A DNA stretch of 64,000 nt. Source: a virus (Duplodnaviria; Caudoviricetes). Shown in pieces: positions 40,868-50,455 of the stretch (within the stretch, counting starts at the first letter, position 1; each line of letters begins with the position of its first letter). The stretch lies in IMG/VR virus record IMGVR_UViG_3300028591_000210, positions 879-64,878 of that record; one strand, written 5' to 3'. The position numbers and the translations under genes were made by a program. Under the pieces are notes generated by a model. That model had not been told where the DNA came from. It saw only the letters and a program-made list of their open reading frames with translations, and ran no database searches.

Positions 40868-42526
40868 TTATTTGTTTTTTTTTAAAACCCTTTTGATACT
40901 CTCAGAAATAGCGTTATCTATTGCCTCAGGGTCAATATCAAACGGAGCGCCATCGCCAATCTTCTCACCATAAGGAGCATCACTCTTGACAGAATCATCA
41001 TTCATATCATAATATCCGGGGAATTCCTGCATGTCCTTTGGAGGAAGCTCCATCACTTTCTTCTGAAAAGCAGGATGCTTTCCAAAATCGTCCAACTTGT
41101 TCATATTTCCACTTGGAACACGACCAGCATCTTTGAAAGGAGTCATATCACCTTCATTGACAACCTTCTTCTTACGCATGGCCTCCTTGAGCTTCATTGC
41201 CTTGTAAGCCTTTGACTCAAAAACAGTACAATCCTCTATTGGCTCTTCCTCATCGGGTCCAAAATCATCTTCTGCATCCAAGTCATCCTCTGCACCATCT
41301 TCATTGTCATAAAGGTCATCTTCCTCATAATCATCTTCTGCTATGGCTGCAAGAATTTGGTCTAACTTATCTTCAATGGCAGAAATTCTATCCTCTAGGC
41401 TTCCCATCTCTTCCTCTTCACCGCCTAATTCAAGCTCGTCAGCATCTTCATCTGCGCCAATCTCGTCAGCATCTTCCTCGGCATCAAGGCCTAAGTCAGC
41501 ACCATCATCAACACTTAAGCTGTCATCATCGCCTAAATCAGCATCGCCATCTTCAAGACTTGAATCACCATCAAGGTCATCAATAGCTTCATCAATCTGC
41601 TTGCCCTTCTCACAATCAAATGGTTGGTTGTCGCCAACGGTGCCAACACCGGGCTTTGGAGAATTCTGATTATCTTCAGAATCAATCATTGAAGTCTCTT
41701 CATGAATTGTTCCTTGCTTCTCCTCACCAGATGAAGTGGCTACTTTATTATTGTCTATGTTTCTCCCTTCAGGGCCGTCAAAAGGCATATCATCACCAAC
41801 CTCTGTTCCATGAGACTTGTCCATATAGTCAGGGTCTACACGATTCCAACCTAAAACTTTCTCACTTGCCTCTTTTATGTCAGTACCTTTAGTTGAAGCT
41901 TCTTTATAATCTTTGTTGGCCTTTTTAGCATCGCCACCCTTCTCTGGAGCACCTTTAATGTTGTCCTTATCTTTATCAGTGAATTCCTTATCAGGTTTCT
42001 CACAGAATGGGTCGCCACCATCACAAGCCTTTTCCTCGTTAATAGGTTTAACTGCTGTCTGAGGCTTTCTATTAAAGATTGACATGGCATTTTCCATTAT
42101 CTGCCTCTCACGAGAAATCTCTTTCTTCATCTTCTCTGTGGCTTCAACAGATAACTCCTCCTGTTTATCAGGATTCCAAGATTCAACAACAATGTTTTTA
42201 CCATTGCCATAAGCTTCAGCTAAAGACCTTAATTTGAAATCAAAGTTCTTCTGAGCGCCAGCAAAACTTGAATATTCGTTATCTTTTCTGTTTCTAAAAC
42301 CGCCAATATATTCAAAGTCCTCTGCTAAAACATTATCTTTTTTAGAAGAAACTTTTATGAAATACTTAGTACCTTCGCGTACAATACCGTACAATTTTCC
42401 GTCGGCAGCAACTTTTGTATACTCAATTCCAGTATAAGGCTGTTTTTTATTTTCATTTAAGCCGTAGTTCATTAACTGTTTCATTCTACTGAACTGGCTA
42501 TTCATGTCTTTGTTATTATTAATCAT
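40868..42526 (-). CDS. Acidic head-internal/scaffold-like protein
   Basis: Many (L/I)xE motifs and an Asp/Glu-rich centre; late motif at 42565-42572. Confidence 0.7.
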   Translation of the reverse strand: MINNNKDMNSQFSRMKQLMNYGLNENKKQPYTGIEYTKVAADGKLYGIVREGTKYFIKVSSKKDNVLAEDFEYIGGFRNRKDNEYSSFAGAQKNFDFKLRSLAEAYGNGKNIVVESWNPDKQEELSVEATEKMKKEISRERQIMENAMSIFNRKPQTAVKPINEEKACDGGDPFCEKPDKEFTDKDKDNIKGAPEKGGDAKKANKDYKEASTKGTDIKEASEKVLGWNRVDPDYMDKSHGTEVGDDMPFDGPEGRNIDNNKVATSSGEEKQGTIHEETSMIDSEDNQNSPKPGVGTVGDNQPFDCEKGKQIDEAIDDLDGDSSLEDGDADLGDDDSLSVDDGADLGLDAEEDADEIGADEDADELELGGEEEEMGSLEDRISAIEDKLDQILAAIAEDDYEEDDLYDNEDGAEDDLDAEDDFGPDEEEPIEDCTVFESKAYKAMKLKEAMRKKKVVNEGDMTPFKDAGRVPSGNMNKLDDFGKHPAFQKKVMELPPKDMQEFPGYYDMNDDSVKSDAPYGEKIGDGAPFDIDPEAIDNAISESIKRVLKKNK

Positions 42527-42594
42527 GATTAAAAAAATTAATTAAATTCTTTTTATTTTTTAAATATAAATAGTTTAAAAAAAGAAAAAATATT

Positions 42595-43172
42595 TTATTT
42601 TAGCTTAATTGATAATAATTTAGGTAATAATTCTTCAGCTGAATGTATTTCATTATCATAAGAGCCAAAATATTTGCTTTCAGCTATAAAATATATTATA
42701 TCGATTCCATTGGATTTACATATATTATATTTTTCTTTATCATGTTCTTTTGCGTAAGAAAATAAATTTCTTGCCCATTCTTTGCCTTTTCCCGCAAAAT
42801 CTACTGGTTCAAAGTGTTGTATTCCTTGACATTCAATGCCAATATTATAGTCCGGAAGATAAAAATCTATACTCATTTGCCCTAATATTTTACTATCTCT
42901 ATATTGGTAAAAGCTATTTATATTAAGTTCTTCTAATTTTTCTCTAATGTTTTTTTCTAAATTTGTTTCTTTACAACTTGGGCATCCTGCGCCATTTAGA
43001 TGATTTGATGGCTCCTGCCAGAATTCTCCATGTTTTGGACAAATAATGCATACCTTTTCGTGGGCTGATTTATAATCAACCTTAGAATAATCATATATGT
43101 TGCAGTGAATTTTTCTTGCTGCAAATATGAACTTATCAGTGGTGAGCCTTTTAGCATTAGATGTTTTTTCTA
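42595..43172 (-). pseudogene. 5'-truncated zinc-repeat endonuclease
   Basis: One repeat plus the nuclease domain; the frame runs into the transposon end with no native start. Confidence 0.6.
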
Positions 43173-43197
43173 GGCAATAATATAGAAGTTGGCACAA

Positions 43198-43300
43198 ACG
43201 CCTAAAACTCCATCTATCTTGCTGCTTCATAGGGTTCGTAACCTCTTCCCTCCACAGCCTCTACACCCACTTGCCAATGGGCTTTAATTCGTTATTTTCT
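43198..43300 (-). ncRNA. TnpB omega-RNA 3' scaffold and guide (5' extent uncertain)
   Basis: GCTG-TGGAGGG-loop-CCCTATGAAG-CAGC-AA ends at 43219; putative guide GATAGATGGAGTTTTAGGCGT. Confidence 0.65.
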
Positions 43301-44426
43301 ATACTCCGACAAGGTTCTGCTTGTCGAAGGCAATATTCTTGATATTAATTGCAGCGTTAACGTCCCTATCAAGATGTTCACCACATTGAGGACATATCCA
43401 TTCACGGTCTTTCAACTGCAACTCTTGATTGATGTAACCGCATTTGTGACACAGTTTGCTGCTTGGCTCAAATCTACCAATGAACAGTATGTTCTTGCCA
43501 TACCATTCACTCTTATACTCCAACTGCCTCACAAACTCACTCCAACTTGCACCTTGAATTGCCCTTGCAAGGTGATGGTTCTGTTCCATCCCCTTAACAT
43601 TCAAGTCCTCAAGACAAATCACATCGTAGTTCCTTACAAGATTAGTGGATAACTTGTGCAAGAAGTCATTCCTTTGGTTGGTGATGCTTCTATAACACTT
43701 AGCAACCTTTACTCTCATTTTTTCGTGATTCATTGACTCCTTACCCTTCCTTGCAAACACCTTCTGCAAGTGAGCAAGTTTCCTTTGTACTTGTTCAAGG
43801 TGTTTTGGATTTGAGTATTTTGTTCCGTCTGAGAGTATTGCGTAGTCCTTAATGCCAAGGTCAATTCCAACTGCATTATCCTTAACCAACTTGGTTTTCG
43901 TTGGTTTGGGTTGCAAGTCATCAACTGTTATTGAACACCAATATGTTCCGCAATGGTCTCTACTGACAGTACAAGTGCCTTGTTTACAAATGCTTTGGTC
44001 AAACGCTCTATTTTCGCATAGTACAACCTTACCTAACTTTGGTAGTTTGACAGTCCAATTCTCAAAATCAAAATGTACAGATTTTATGAATTTCACAGAA
44101 TCCTTTGTACGTTTCTTGGATTTGAATCTTGGGTATTTTGCTTTCTTGCGGAAGAATGCAGTGAAAGCGTTGTCAAGGCTTCTTAGTGACTGTTGCAATG
44201 CTTCTGTTGTACATTCATTAAGCCAAACGTATTCCTCAGTTTGTTTCAATAAAGTAAGTTCTTTTGCAAGCTGTAGGTAGTTGATTGCCTTTCCATTTTC
44301 CTTATAAGCACTTGTCTTTGCATTTAAGCCCCAATTATAGATATAGCGTGTACAGCCGAAGAACTTTGACAAAAGTTCCTCTTGCTGTTGGTTTGGTTTT
44401 ATCTTATATTTGTAGGCTTTTAACAT
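43299..44426 (-). CDS. tnpB: RNA-guided endonuclease TnpB
   Basis: HTH KAYKYKIKP, RuvC GIDLG / CLEDL / DRDVNAA, and a CxxC-CxxC zinc finger. Confidence 0.93.
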   Translation of the reverse strand: MLKAYKYKIKPNQQQEELLSKFFGCTRYIYNWGLNAKTSAYKENGKAINYLQLAKELTLLKQTEEYVWLNECTTEALQQSLRSLDNAFTAFFRKKAKYPRFKSKKRTKDSVKFIKSVHFDFENWTVKLPKLGKVVLCENRAFDQSICKQGTCTVSRDHCGTYWCSITVDDLQPKPTKTKLVKDNAVGIDLGIKDYAILSDGTKYSNPKHLEQVQRKLAHLQKVFARKGKESMNHEKMRVKVAKCYRSITNQRNDFLHKLSTNLVRNYDVICLEDLNVKGMEQNHHLARAIQGASWSEFVRQLEYKSEWYGKNILFIGRFEPSSKLCHKCGYINQELQLKDREWICPQCGEHLDRDVNAAINIKNIAFDKQNLVGV

Positions 44427-44507
44427 AGTATTTATCAGCTTCTTTACTAATAAATATCACGTTGGATTAAAAAGTTCTGTTTTTGATGAAACTTTTTTAT
44501 AAAAACA

Positions 44508-44633
44508 ATGAGTTTTACTTCAAAGAAAAGCGGATTAGTTATAAAACCTGAAGATGAAGGAGAAGATGGTTGGTCAAGATTATTAGGACTTGTTGGTGAT
44601 TTCAATTCTGCTTATATGAAAATAGCACGATAA
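44508..44633 (+). CDS. 41-aa ORF inside the cassette (MSFTSKKSGLVIKPEDEGEDGWSRLLGLVGDFNSAYMKIAR)
   Basis: Translated by hand; followed directly by a terminator hairpin at 44636-44663. Confidence 0.4.
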   Translation: MSFTSKKSGLVIKPEDEGEDGWSRLLGLVGDFNSAYMKIAR

Positions 44634-44741
44634 ACAAAATGCAGCCATTTCTGACTGCATTTTATAGGTTAATTGTGCCAACTGCGATGTTATTGCCTAA
44701 AAAAATCCTATATATAAAATATAGGATTTTTGCAAAAAAAG

Positions 44742-47700
44742 TCAATAGCTTGTAACATCATCTGCCGTTCCTTGTATATTATCGTATCCACGGTCATCAA
44801 ATTGTGGCCGGAATAGCCTTTTTGTGAACTTATCATATGCTCTAACATAGAGGATATTACCTGGTTCCATTGTAAGTGGGTCCCACTGTAAGCATATGCA
44901 GTAATTAAATCCTAGTCTTTGTGAGAGTGTTTCATCGTAGAGGCAGCGGTATTGTTTTCCGTTTTCTTTGCTTGTCATCAATTCTCCGTATGTTGCGACA
45001 TAATTTTTAAGTACTTCTCTTTCGTGCCGCCATCTTTCTTTGAACGGGTTATGTTGTGCATTTCCATCTGCTACTACTTCTTCGTTTATATTTTTTATAT
45101 GATATTTTATATATTTTTCTGCTATAAATTTTATTGTATTTTCTTCTAGTCCTAGTGAATTTACTTTATCGTACAGTTCAGCATTTAGATTCCACAATTT
45201 TTCCAGATATTCTGTTCTTCTTAATATTTTGAACATAACGTTAAATGCGTCCATTTCTCCGTTTCTGGCGAGTCCGAATTTTCTCATTCTTTTTATTTTA
45301 TTGAGCAATTTATGTGCTTTTTTGCCTATTTCTCTTAGTTGTGCATCGTCATCTGTTGAATTAAGTTCATTGTACAGATTATCTATTGTTGTCATTATTT
45401 TTGCTGTTTTATTTTTGATTTCGTATTTTTCTAGTCCTATATCTTTAATATTATTTTTATCTGGCGTTTTAATCCATTTATTTTGTTCAAGGTCGAATAT
45501 GCCTCCGGATATTGCATTTGCATTTATATCTTCTACGTATATTTCTACTGAATATCCGTATATTTTGAGTTTATTATGTTCTTCATTCCATTCATTTTTC
45601 TTTGCATTGAAGTATTCTTGTACGAAATCTTTTCTTTCGTCTATTTCTGAAAAGTCCACGATTACATGTAGGTCAATATCTGAATAATTTGACCAATTAT
45701 AGTTGCATATCGAACCGGTTAGGTATATTCCTTTTCTTTTTATCCAATTAATATTTGCGAAGTCCCAAAAATCGTCAGCTATATCTAATAATTTAAGTCT
45801 GACTCTTGGGTTTAGTTTCATTCCGTCCCATATTCTATCGGCAAGGGTATCATTTTTCTTAAACGAGTCTAATTTAACTTCGTTTGGTTCTACTTCTGTT
45901 TCGATATTTTCATTCATAACATTAGAATCGTTAATAAATGTTTTATTAGTAGTTCTTTTTATTTGATTTGGCTCAAACACAACAACAGTATTAAGTCTGT
46001 CATAATTATCATAAAATATAGCTGAATCATAGCCAAGTTTTTCAAATACTTCAATTGTTTTTATTTTGTCAGCATTTCCATTCAAACACAATTCAGCATA
46101 TATTCCAGCATCGCCATACTCATTTTCCTTATTGTAATTATATATGGTTCTTGCTGCTACAGGTAACGCTCTTCTATAATATTTTTCATTCCACTCTTCT
46201 CCGTAACCGGCCGGTTCATATGCTGCTACAACTGTATCTGCGAATGGCTTTCCTTCATCAAGTTCTGCCATAATTTTTATCAACTGTTGAAGAGTAATTT
46301 TATTACTCTTTGTTGTCATTGGGTTTTCAACTCTAAGGTATGCCTCAATTACATTTTTACTAGAATATCCTATTGCCCTTGATTCATAAGGAGTAAAATT
46401 GAATCCATACCCCTCATAAGAACCATGTCCTCCAATATACTCTTTACTGAATTCATTAAACACAGCATCAGTACCATGATACATTTTTATTGGCTGACCA
46501 TTTTCATCTTTCAAAATAGAGTCTCCAAACCAACTTTCAAAAGTATTATCCTCTTCAATAACTTTATTTTCATAAAGCCAATTATTACCTTGCGGCTTTA
46601 TGCCATTATCAAAATAATTAAATATATCATTAATTACTCTATTTGGATTTGCTTTTCTATATTCTGCCCCACAAACAGTACTGGCATAAAATCTATTTTC
46701 TACGTATTTAGTTATTTCTAAAAACACATTTCCATCATGTTCTAAAATGTACTTTTTCAAGTGTGGAATTTGTTTATTTGTTGGCCGTTTTGAAAGTTCT
46801 ATTCCACCTAAATATCCCAATCTTATATTTCCAATATTTAAAAATTTACCAGGAGTCATTCCTTTTATTTTGGAAATAAACTTGTGGTCTTTAAATGCAA
46901 TAATTGAACCGTCAGTTAATATATATTTGCTTTCTCCACCTGTTTGCACTTTTTTGGCTAAGTCATTAATATCTTCACTCTCATAAAGCCCATTATTACC
47001 TTGAGGTCTTATACCTTCTGAATAATATCTATCAATTTCTCCAATAACATATCTCCAGTTTGGGGCAATATATTTTGCTCCTATTTCCTCTCCATTATCA
47101 AAAATATCAAGATAAAGTTTTTCTTCACTGTATGAAGATATAACTTGTCTAAGAACCTCTTCTTGTTCATAAGTTGGCTCTGCTCCAATATCAATGGAAT
47201 TTTGCAAAACCCTTATGTTGCCCATTTTTATAAAATCAAATTTACTTTTTACCCCTGGTATTAGACATATTTCATTATGCTCGCTTGGAGTATATACAAC
47301 AACGCCATTAGAAAGTATAAAGCCTCTACAATTTTTATAGTATTCTCCATGAGAAAACAATTTCATTGCAATATCATTAAGTTCTTGTGGATTATTTAAA
47401 TCATAAGTGTTTTTTTCATAAAGTTCATACGTTTCAAATTTTCCACTTCCGTTTTCTATACACGTTTGCAACATCTGTTCAGCCATGTCTTTGCCAAACA
47501 AATCAACTAGGTCATCATATAGTAAATTTTGGTCTCCTATCATATAATGAAATGTATCATTATCAAAATAGTCAACCCCAAATGTTACATATTCTGTATA
47601 ATATTGATGCCTTACTTCTTCAGAATCTTCAAGTTCACAATCTTGAAGCCATTCTTGATATTCTTCCTCATCAAAATACCATTCATATTCTACCAGCCCT

Positions 47701-47906
47701 ACATCTGATAAATCCACTCCATTAAGTCTATTTTCATTTATATGGAAAAAATCATTGTTGCCTCCTTCGCCACCAATTTCAAATTCATCTTTTTCATAAG
47801 GAGGTTTATTATCAGCAATAAAAGGTTTATGACTAGTTTGTTCACTAGCCATAAGCCTTTTAATATTAAACAAATTATCTTCTTTTATATAAATTGTCTT
47901 CTTCAT
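44742..47906 (-). CDS. Multidomain polyvalent-like protein: duplicated unknown domain, ART-PolyVal-like domain, Pol-beta nucleotidyltransferase
   Basis: WFGDSIL...MYHGT...GYGFNFT...EAYL; LTGS..NYNWS.YSDIDLH; two ~130-aa repeats ending I(R/K)PQGNNxLYE. Confidence 0.75.
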   Translation of the reverse strand: MKKTIYIKEDNLFNIKRLMASEQTSHKPFIADNKPPYEKDEFEIGGEGGNNDFFHINENRLNGVDLSDVGLVEYEWYFDEEEYQEWLQDCELEDSEEVRHQYYTEYVTFGVDYFDNDTFHYMIGDQNLLYDDLVDLFGKDMAEQMLQTCIENGSGKFETYELYEKNTYDLNNPQELNDIAMKLFSHGEYYKNCRGFILSNGVVVYTPSEHNEICLIPGVKSKFDFIKMGNIRVLQNSIDIGAEPTYEQEEVLRQVISSYSEEKLYLDIFDNGEEIGAKYIAPNWRYVIGEIDRYYSEGIRPQGNNGLYESEDINDLAKKVQTGGESKYILTDGSIIAFKDHKFISKIKGMTPGKFLNIGNIRLGYLGGIELSKRPTNKQIPHLKKYILEHDGNVFLEITKYVENRFYASTVCGAEYRKANPNRVINDIFNYFDNGIKPQGNNWLYENKVIEEDNTFESWFGDSILKDENGQPIKMYHGTDAVFNEFSKEYIGGHGSYEGYGFNFTPYESRAIGYSSKNVIEAYLRVENPMTTKSNKITLQQLIKIMAELDEGKPFADTVVAAYEPAGYGEEWNEKYYRRALPVAARTIYNYNKENEYGDAGIYAELCLNGNADKIKTIEVFEKLGYDSAIFYDNYDRLNTVVVFEPNQIKRTTNKTFINDSNVMNENIETEVEPNEVKLDSFKKNDTLADRIWDGMKLNPRVRLKLLDIADDFWDFANINWIKRKGIYLTGSICNYNWSNYSDIDLHVIVDFSEIDERKDFVQEYFNAKKNEWNEEHNKLKIYGYSVEIYVEDINANAISGGIFDLEQNKWIKTPDKNNIKDIGLEKYEIKNKTAKIMTTIDNLYNELNSTDDDAQLREIGKKAHKLLNKIKRMRKFGLARNGEMDAFNVMFKILRRTEYLEKLWNLNAELYDKVNSLGLEENTIKFIAEKYIKYHIKNINEEVVADGNAQHNPFKERWRHEREVLKNYVATYGELMTSKENGKQYRCLYDETLSQRLGFNYCICLQWDPLTMEPGNILYVRAYDKFTKRLFRPQFDDRGYDNIQGTADDVTSY

Positions 47907-47918
47907 TAAATTAATACA

Positions 47919-48191
47919 TTAACAATTGTCACATATTGGATATTGCAAATCGCTTTCATAGTTATATTCTTCCCCAATAAATTCTCCTATTTGCGTGTAA
48001 TCAATCCAAGGCTCATCATCAGATTTATTGTAATTAAAAGCAGTACCTTGGCATACATAAGGAACGGTCTGCATACCAATTATTTCCCCATCTTGAAACT
48101 CTCCTGTTTTATATTCATAAAGATAATTTGTTTCTTCAGCATCATCGTGATACTTTTTTAAGAAATCTTCGTCATATTTTTTCAAATCCAT
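47919..48191 (-). CDS. Hypothetical protein
   Basis: 90-aa ORF. Confidence 0.6.
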   Translation of the reverse strand: MDLKKYDEDFLKKYHDDAEETNYLYEYKTGEFQDGEIIGMQTVPYVCQGTAFNYNKSDDEPWIDYTQIGEFIGEEYNYESDLQYPICDNC

Positions 48192-48250
48192 AGTAATATT
48201 TTACTTTTTGCTAATAATATATTATTTATATAATAAATATATGTTTCTCA

Positions 48251-49024
48251 ATGAAAAAAACTATTATAATATCTGAAAATGCTTTTAAAAAAATAAAAAG
48301 TTTTATTATTAAAGAGGCTATTGGTAGCAACCCAACATTTGGGCAAGGTAGAAATGTAACAAATTATAAACCATATCTTGATAGCATTGGAAAAATAGAT
48401 AATCTTCATAAGGACAGATATAAAGATTATGAATTGGATAAAGCATGGAATGATTGGAAAAATACTGGATATAATAAAAATTCAGATGAATACTTAATAT
48501 ACCTTTCAAATTTCAAAAATTTCATGTTTGGTAATGGCGGCTTTTTAAGAAATTTATCATATGTTGGCGACCGTTTAAATGGACCATTGCACTCTCTAAT
48601 ATTGGACCCAAAATGGGTACAATCATTAAATGGAAAGCCATCATGGAAATATTCAGATTTAAATTCCGGAGAAGGCGGGGATGAATTTCATTGTTTTTAT
48701 ACTACCATTTTAAAATTATTTCAAAATCCTGCAATATGGAATGATTTTTTCTTTAATCCATATTTTAAAGAATATAAAGAAAAATATGACTCTATAAGAA
48801 ATAAAATAACATCTATAATGAAAACAAATAAAGAGTCTTATGAAACACAATATAAACCTTTATTGCCAATGGAAGAATATAAACAGTTGAACTTCTTTAT
48901 GAACGAAATAAACCAAGATACCAAAAAGGTAGAAAAAGGCATAAATTGTAAACCAGATTTATTCTATGACCCGCAATTTGGTTCAAATGATGATTATCTT
49001 GATAATGATGATGAAGAATATTAA
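48251..49024 (+). CDS. Hypothetical protein with KKTIIISE leader
   Basis: 257-aa ORF; TATTTATA at 48223-48230. Confidence 0.7.
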   Translation: MKKTIIISENAFKKIKSFIIKEAIGSNPTFGQGRNVTNYKPYLDSIGKIDNLHKDRYKDYELDKAWNDWKNTGYNKNSDEYLIYLSNFKNFMFGNGGFLRNLSYVGDRLNGPLHSLILDPKWVQSLNGKPSWKYSDLNSGEGGDEFHCFYTTILKLFQNPAIWNDFFFNPYFKEYKEKYDSIRNKITSIMKTNKESYETQYKPLLPMEEYKQLNFFMNEINQDTKKVEKGINCKPDLFYDPQFGSNDDYLDNDDEEY

Positions 49025-49158
49025 AAATAAAAAGGAACGATATACCTGTTGACACAAGCCGCTCCTTTTAAATAAAAATGCAAAAATGAGGAATTGTATA
49101 TGCAATACCTCATTTTTTTACGTGTCTATCCGATATTTATATAAAAATATAAAACAAT

Positions 49159-50271
49159 ATGAAATACTTAAAACTTTTTAAAACAACAGCTCAGTATGAA
49201 GAAGTTAGGCAAAACTAAGTTTTGCCTAATGTTTCTCTATGTGAAGATGCTCCAACTACCGTGCATTACAGTCCTTATGCGCATGATTATTCCCAAGACT
49301 ATTTAACCTTTGTAGCAAAAGAAGATAGTACATTTAAGCTCGTTTATAATAGCGTTAGTTATTCACTTGACGAAGGTGAAACATGGACGGAACTTGCAAG
49401 TAATACAGATTCACCAACTGTCACAAGTGGAAACAAGATAATGTGGAAAGCAACGTTAACCCCAAATCAGTATGCTGGTATTGGTGAATTCTCTTCAACG
49501 GGTCAATTTGACGTTCAAGGCAATATTATGTCATTGCTATATGGTGATAACTTTAAAGAGCAAACGAGCTTAAGTGGAAAGAATGGCGCGTTTGCATATT
49601 TATTTAGTGGTTGTACAAATCTTGTAAGCGCTAAAAACTTATCATTACCTGCTACAACGTTGGCAGAATCATGTTATAATAGTATGTTCTATCGTTGCAC
49701 CTCGTTAACGACAGTGCCTAAATTACCTGCTACCACATTGGTAAGTGCATGTTATAATAGTATGTTCAGTGGTTGCACCTCGTTAACAACAGCGCCTGAA
49801 TTACCTGCTACAACGTTGGCAGACTACTGTTATAGTAATATGTTCCAAGGTTGCAAATCGTTAACGACAGCGCCTGAATTACCTGCTACAACGTTGGCAA
49901 ACGGCTGTTATAATTATATGTTCGCTGGTTGCACCTCGTTAACAACAGCGCCTGAATTACCTGCTACAACATTGGCAAAAGTATGTTATAATAGTATGTT
50001 CAGTGGTTGCACCTCGTTAACGACAGCGCCTGAATTACCTGCTACAACGTTAACAGGCTCCTGTTATACTGATATGTTCAATGGCTGTAGTAAATTGAAT
50101 TATATTAAGGCAATGTTTACCACAGAACCAAGTTCAACTTATACGTCAAATTGGGTAAATGGCGTTGCAAGTAGTGGCGCATTTGTTAAAAACAGCACTG
50201 CAACGTGGACAAGTGATTGTGGGCCATCAACTTTTCCATGCAATTGGACAGTTGATACAGCATCAAGTTAA
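49159..50271 (+). pseudogene. BspA-like leucine-rich repeat protein with in-frame TAA at codon 20
   Basis: ATG 49159 follows the late motif; reads MKYLKLF...QN*VLPNVS; six 26-aa LPATTL..CY..MF.GC.SL repeats. Confidence 0.75.
49645..50112 (+). repeat. Six tandem 78-bp LRR-coding repeats
   Basis: ttacctgctac recurs at 49645, 49723, 49801, 49879, 49957 and 50035. Confidence 0.9.
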
Positions 50272-50455
50272 ATTAATATATAAAAAATAACATTTTAACA
50301 TTTGCCACTTTATATAATAAAGTGGGGCGGATAAAAAGGTATCATAACATTTAACAAAAAAATCTGCAAGAAACGATGAGGTTCTTGCAGATTTGCATAT
50401 TTATTCAAAAGGAGCAGCTTGTGTCAACAGGTATTCATTCCCAAAATAAAAAGGA

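Larger units (their letters stand above)
43173..44697 (-). mobile_element. TIR-bounded non-autonomous cassette carrying tnpB plus omega-RNA (copy 1)
   Basis: 25-bp TIRs GGCAATAATATAGAAGTTGGCACAA / GGCAATAACATCGCAGTTGGCACAA (22/25); no transposase; no direct target duplication. Confidence 0.8.
49033..50442 (+). mobile_element. TIR-bounded cassette carrying an LRR gene
   Basis: Inverted repeat ATACCTGTTGACACAAGC(C/T)GCTCCTTTT (27/28) at 49042-49069 and 50407-50434; direct repeat AAAATAAA at 49024 and 50443. Confidence 0.75.

Noticed and set aside
43199-43230. MKQQDRWSFRRLCQ as the true N-terminus of the endonuclease
   Set aside because: It is encoded by omega-RNA, guide and TIR sequence that is repeated at 63744, where no such gene follows.
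49048-49075. TTGACA in the repeats as a sigma70 -35 element
   Set aside because: No consistent TATAAT at 17 bp; other copies read TTGGCA or TTGACT; paired inverted placement fits element ends better.
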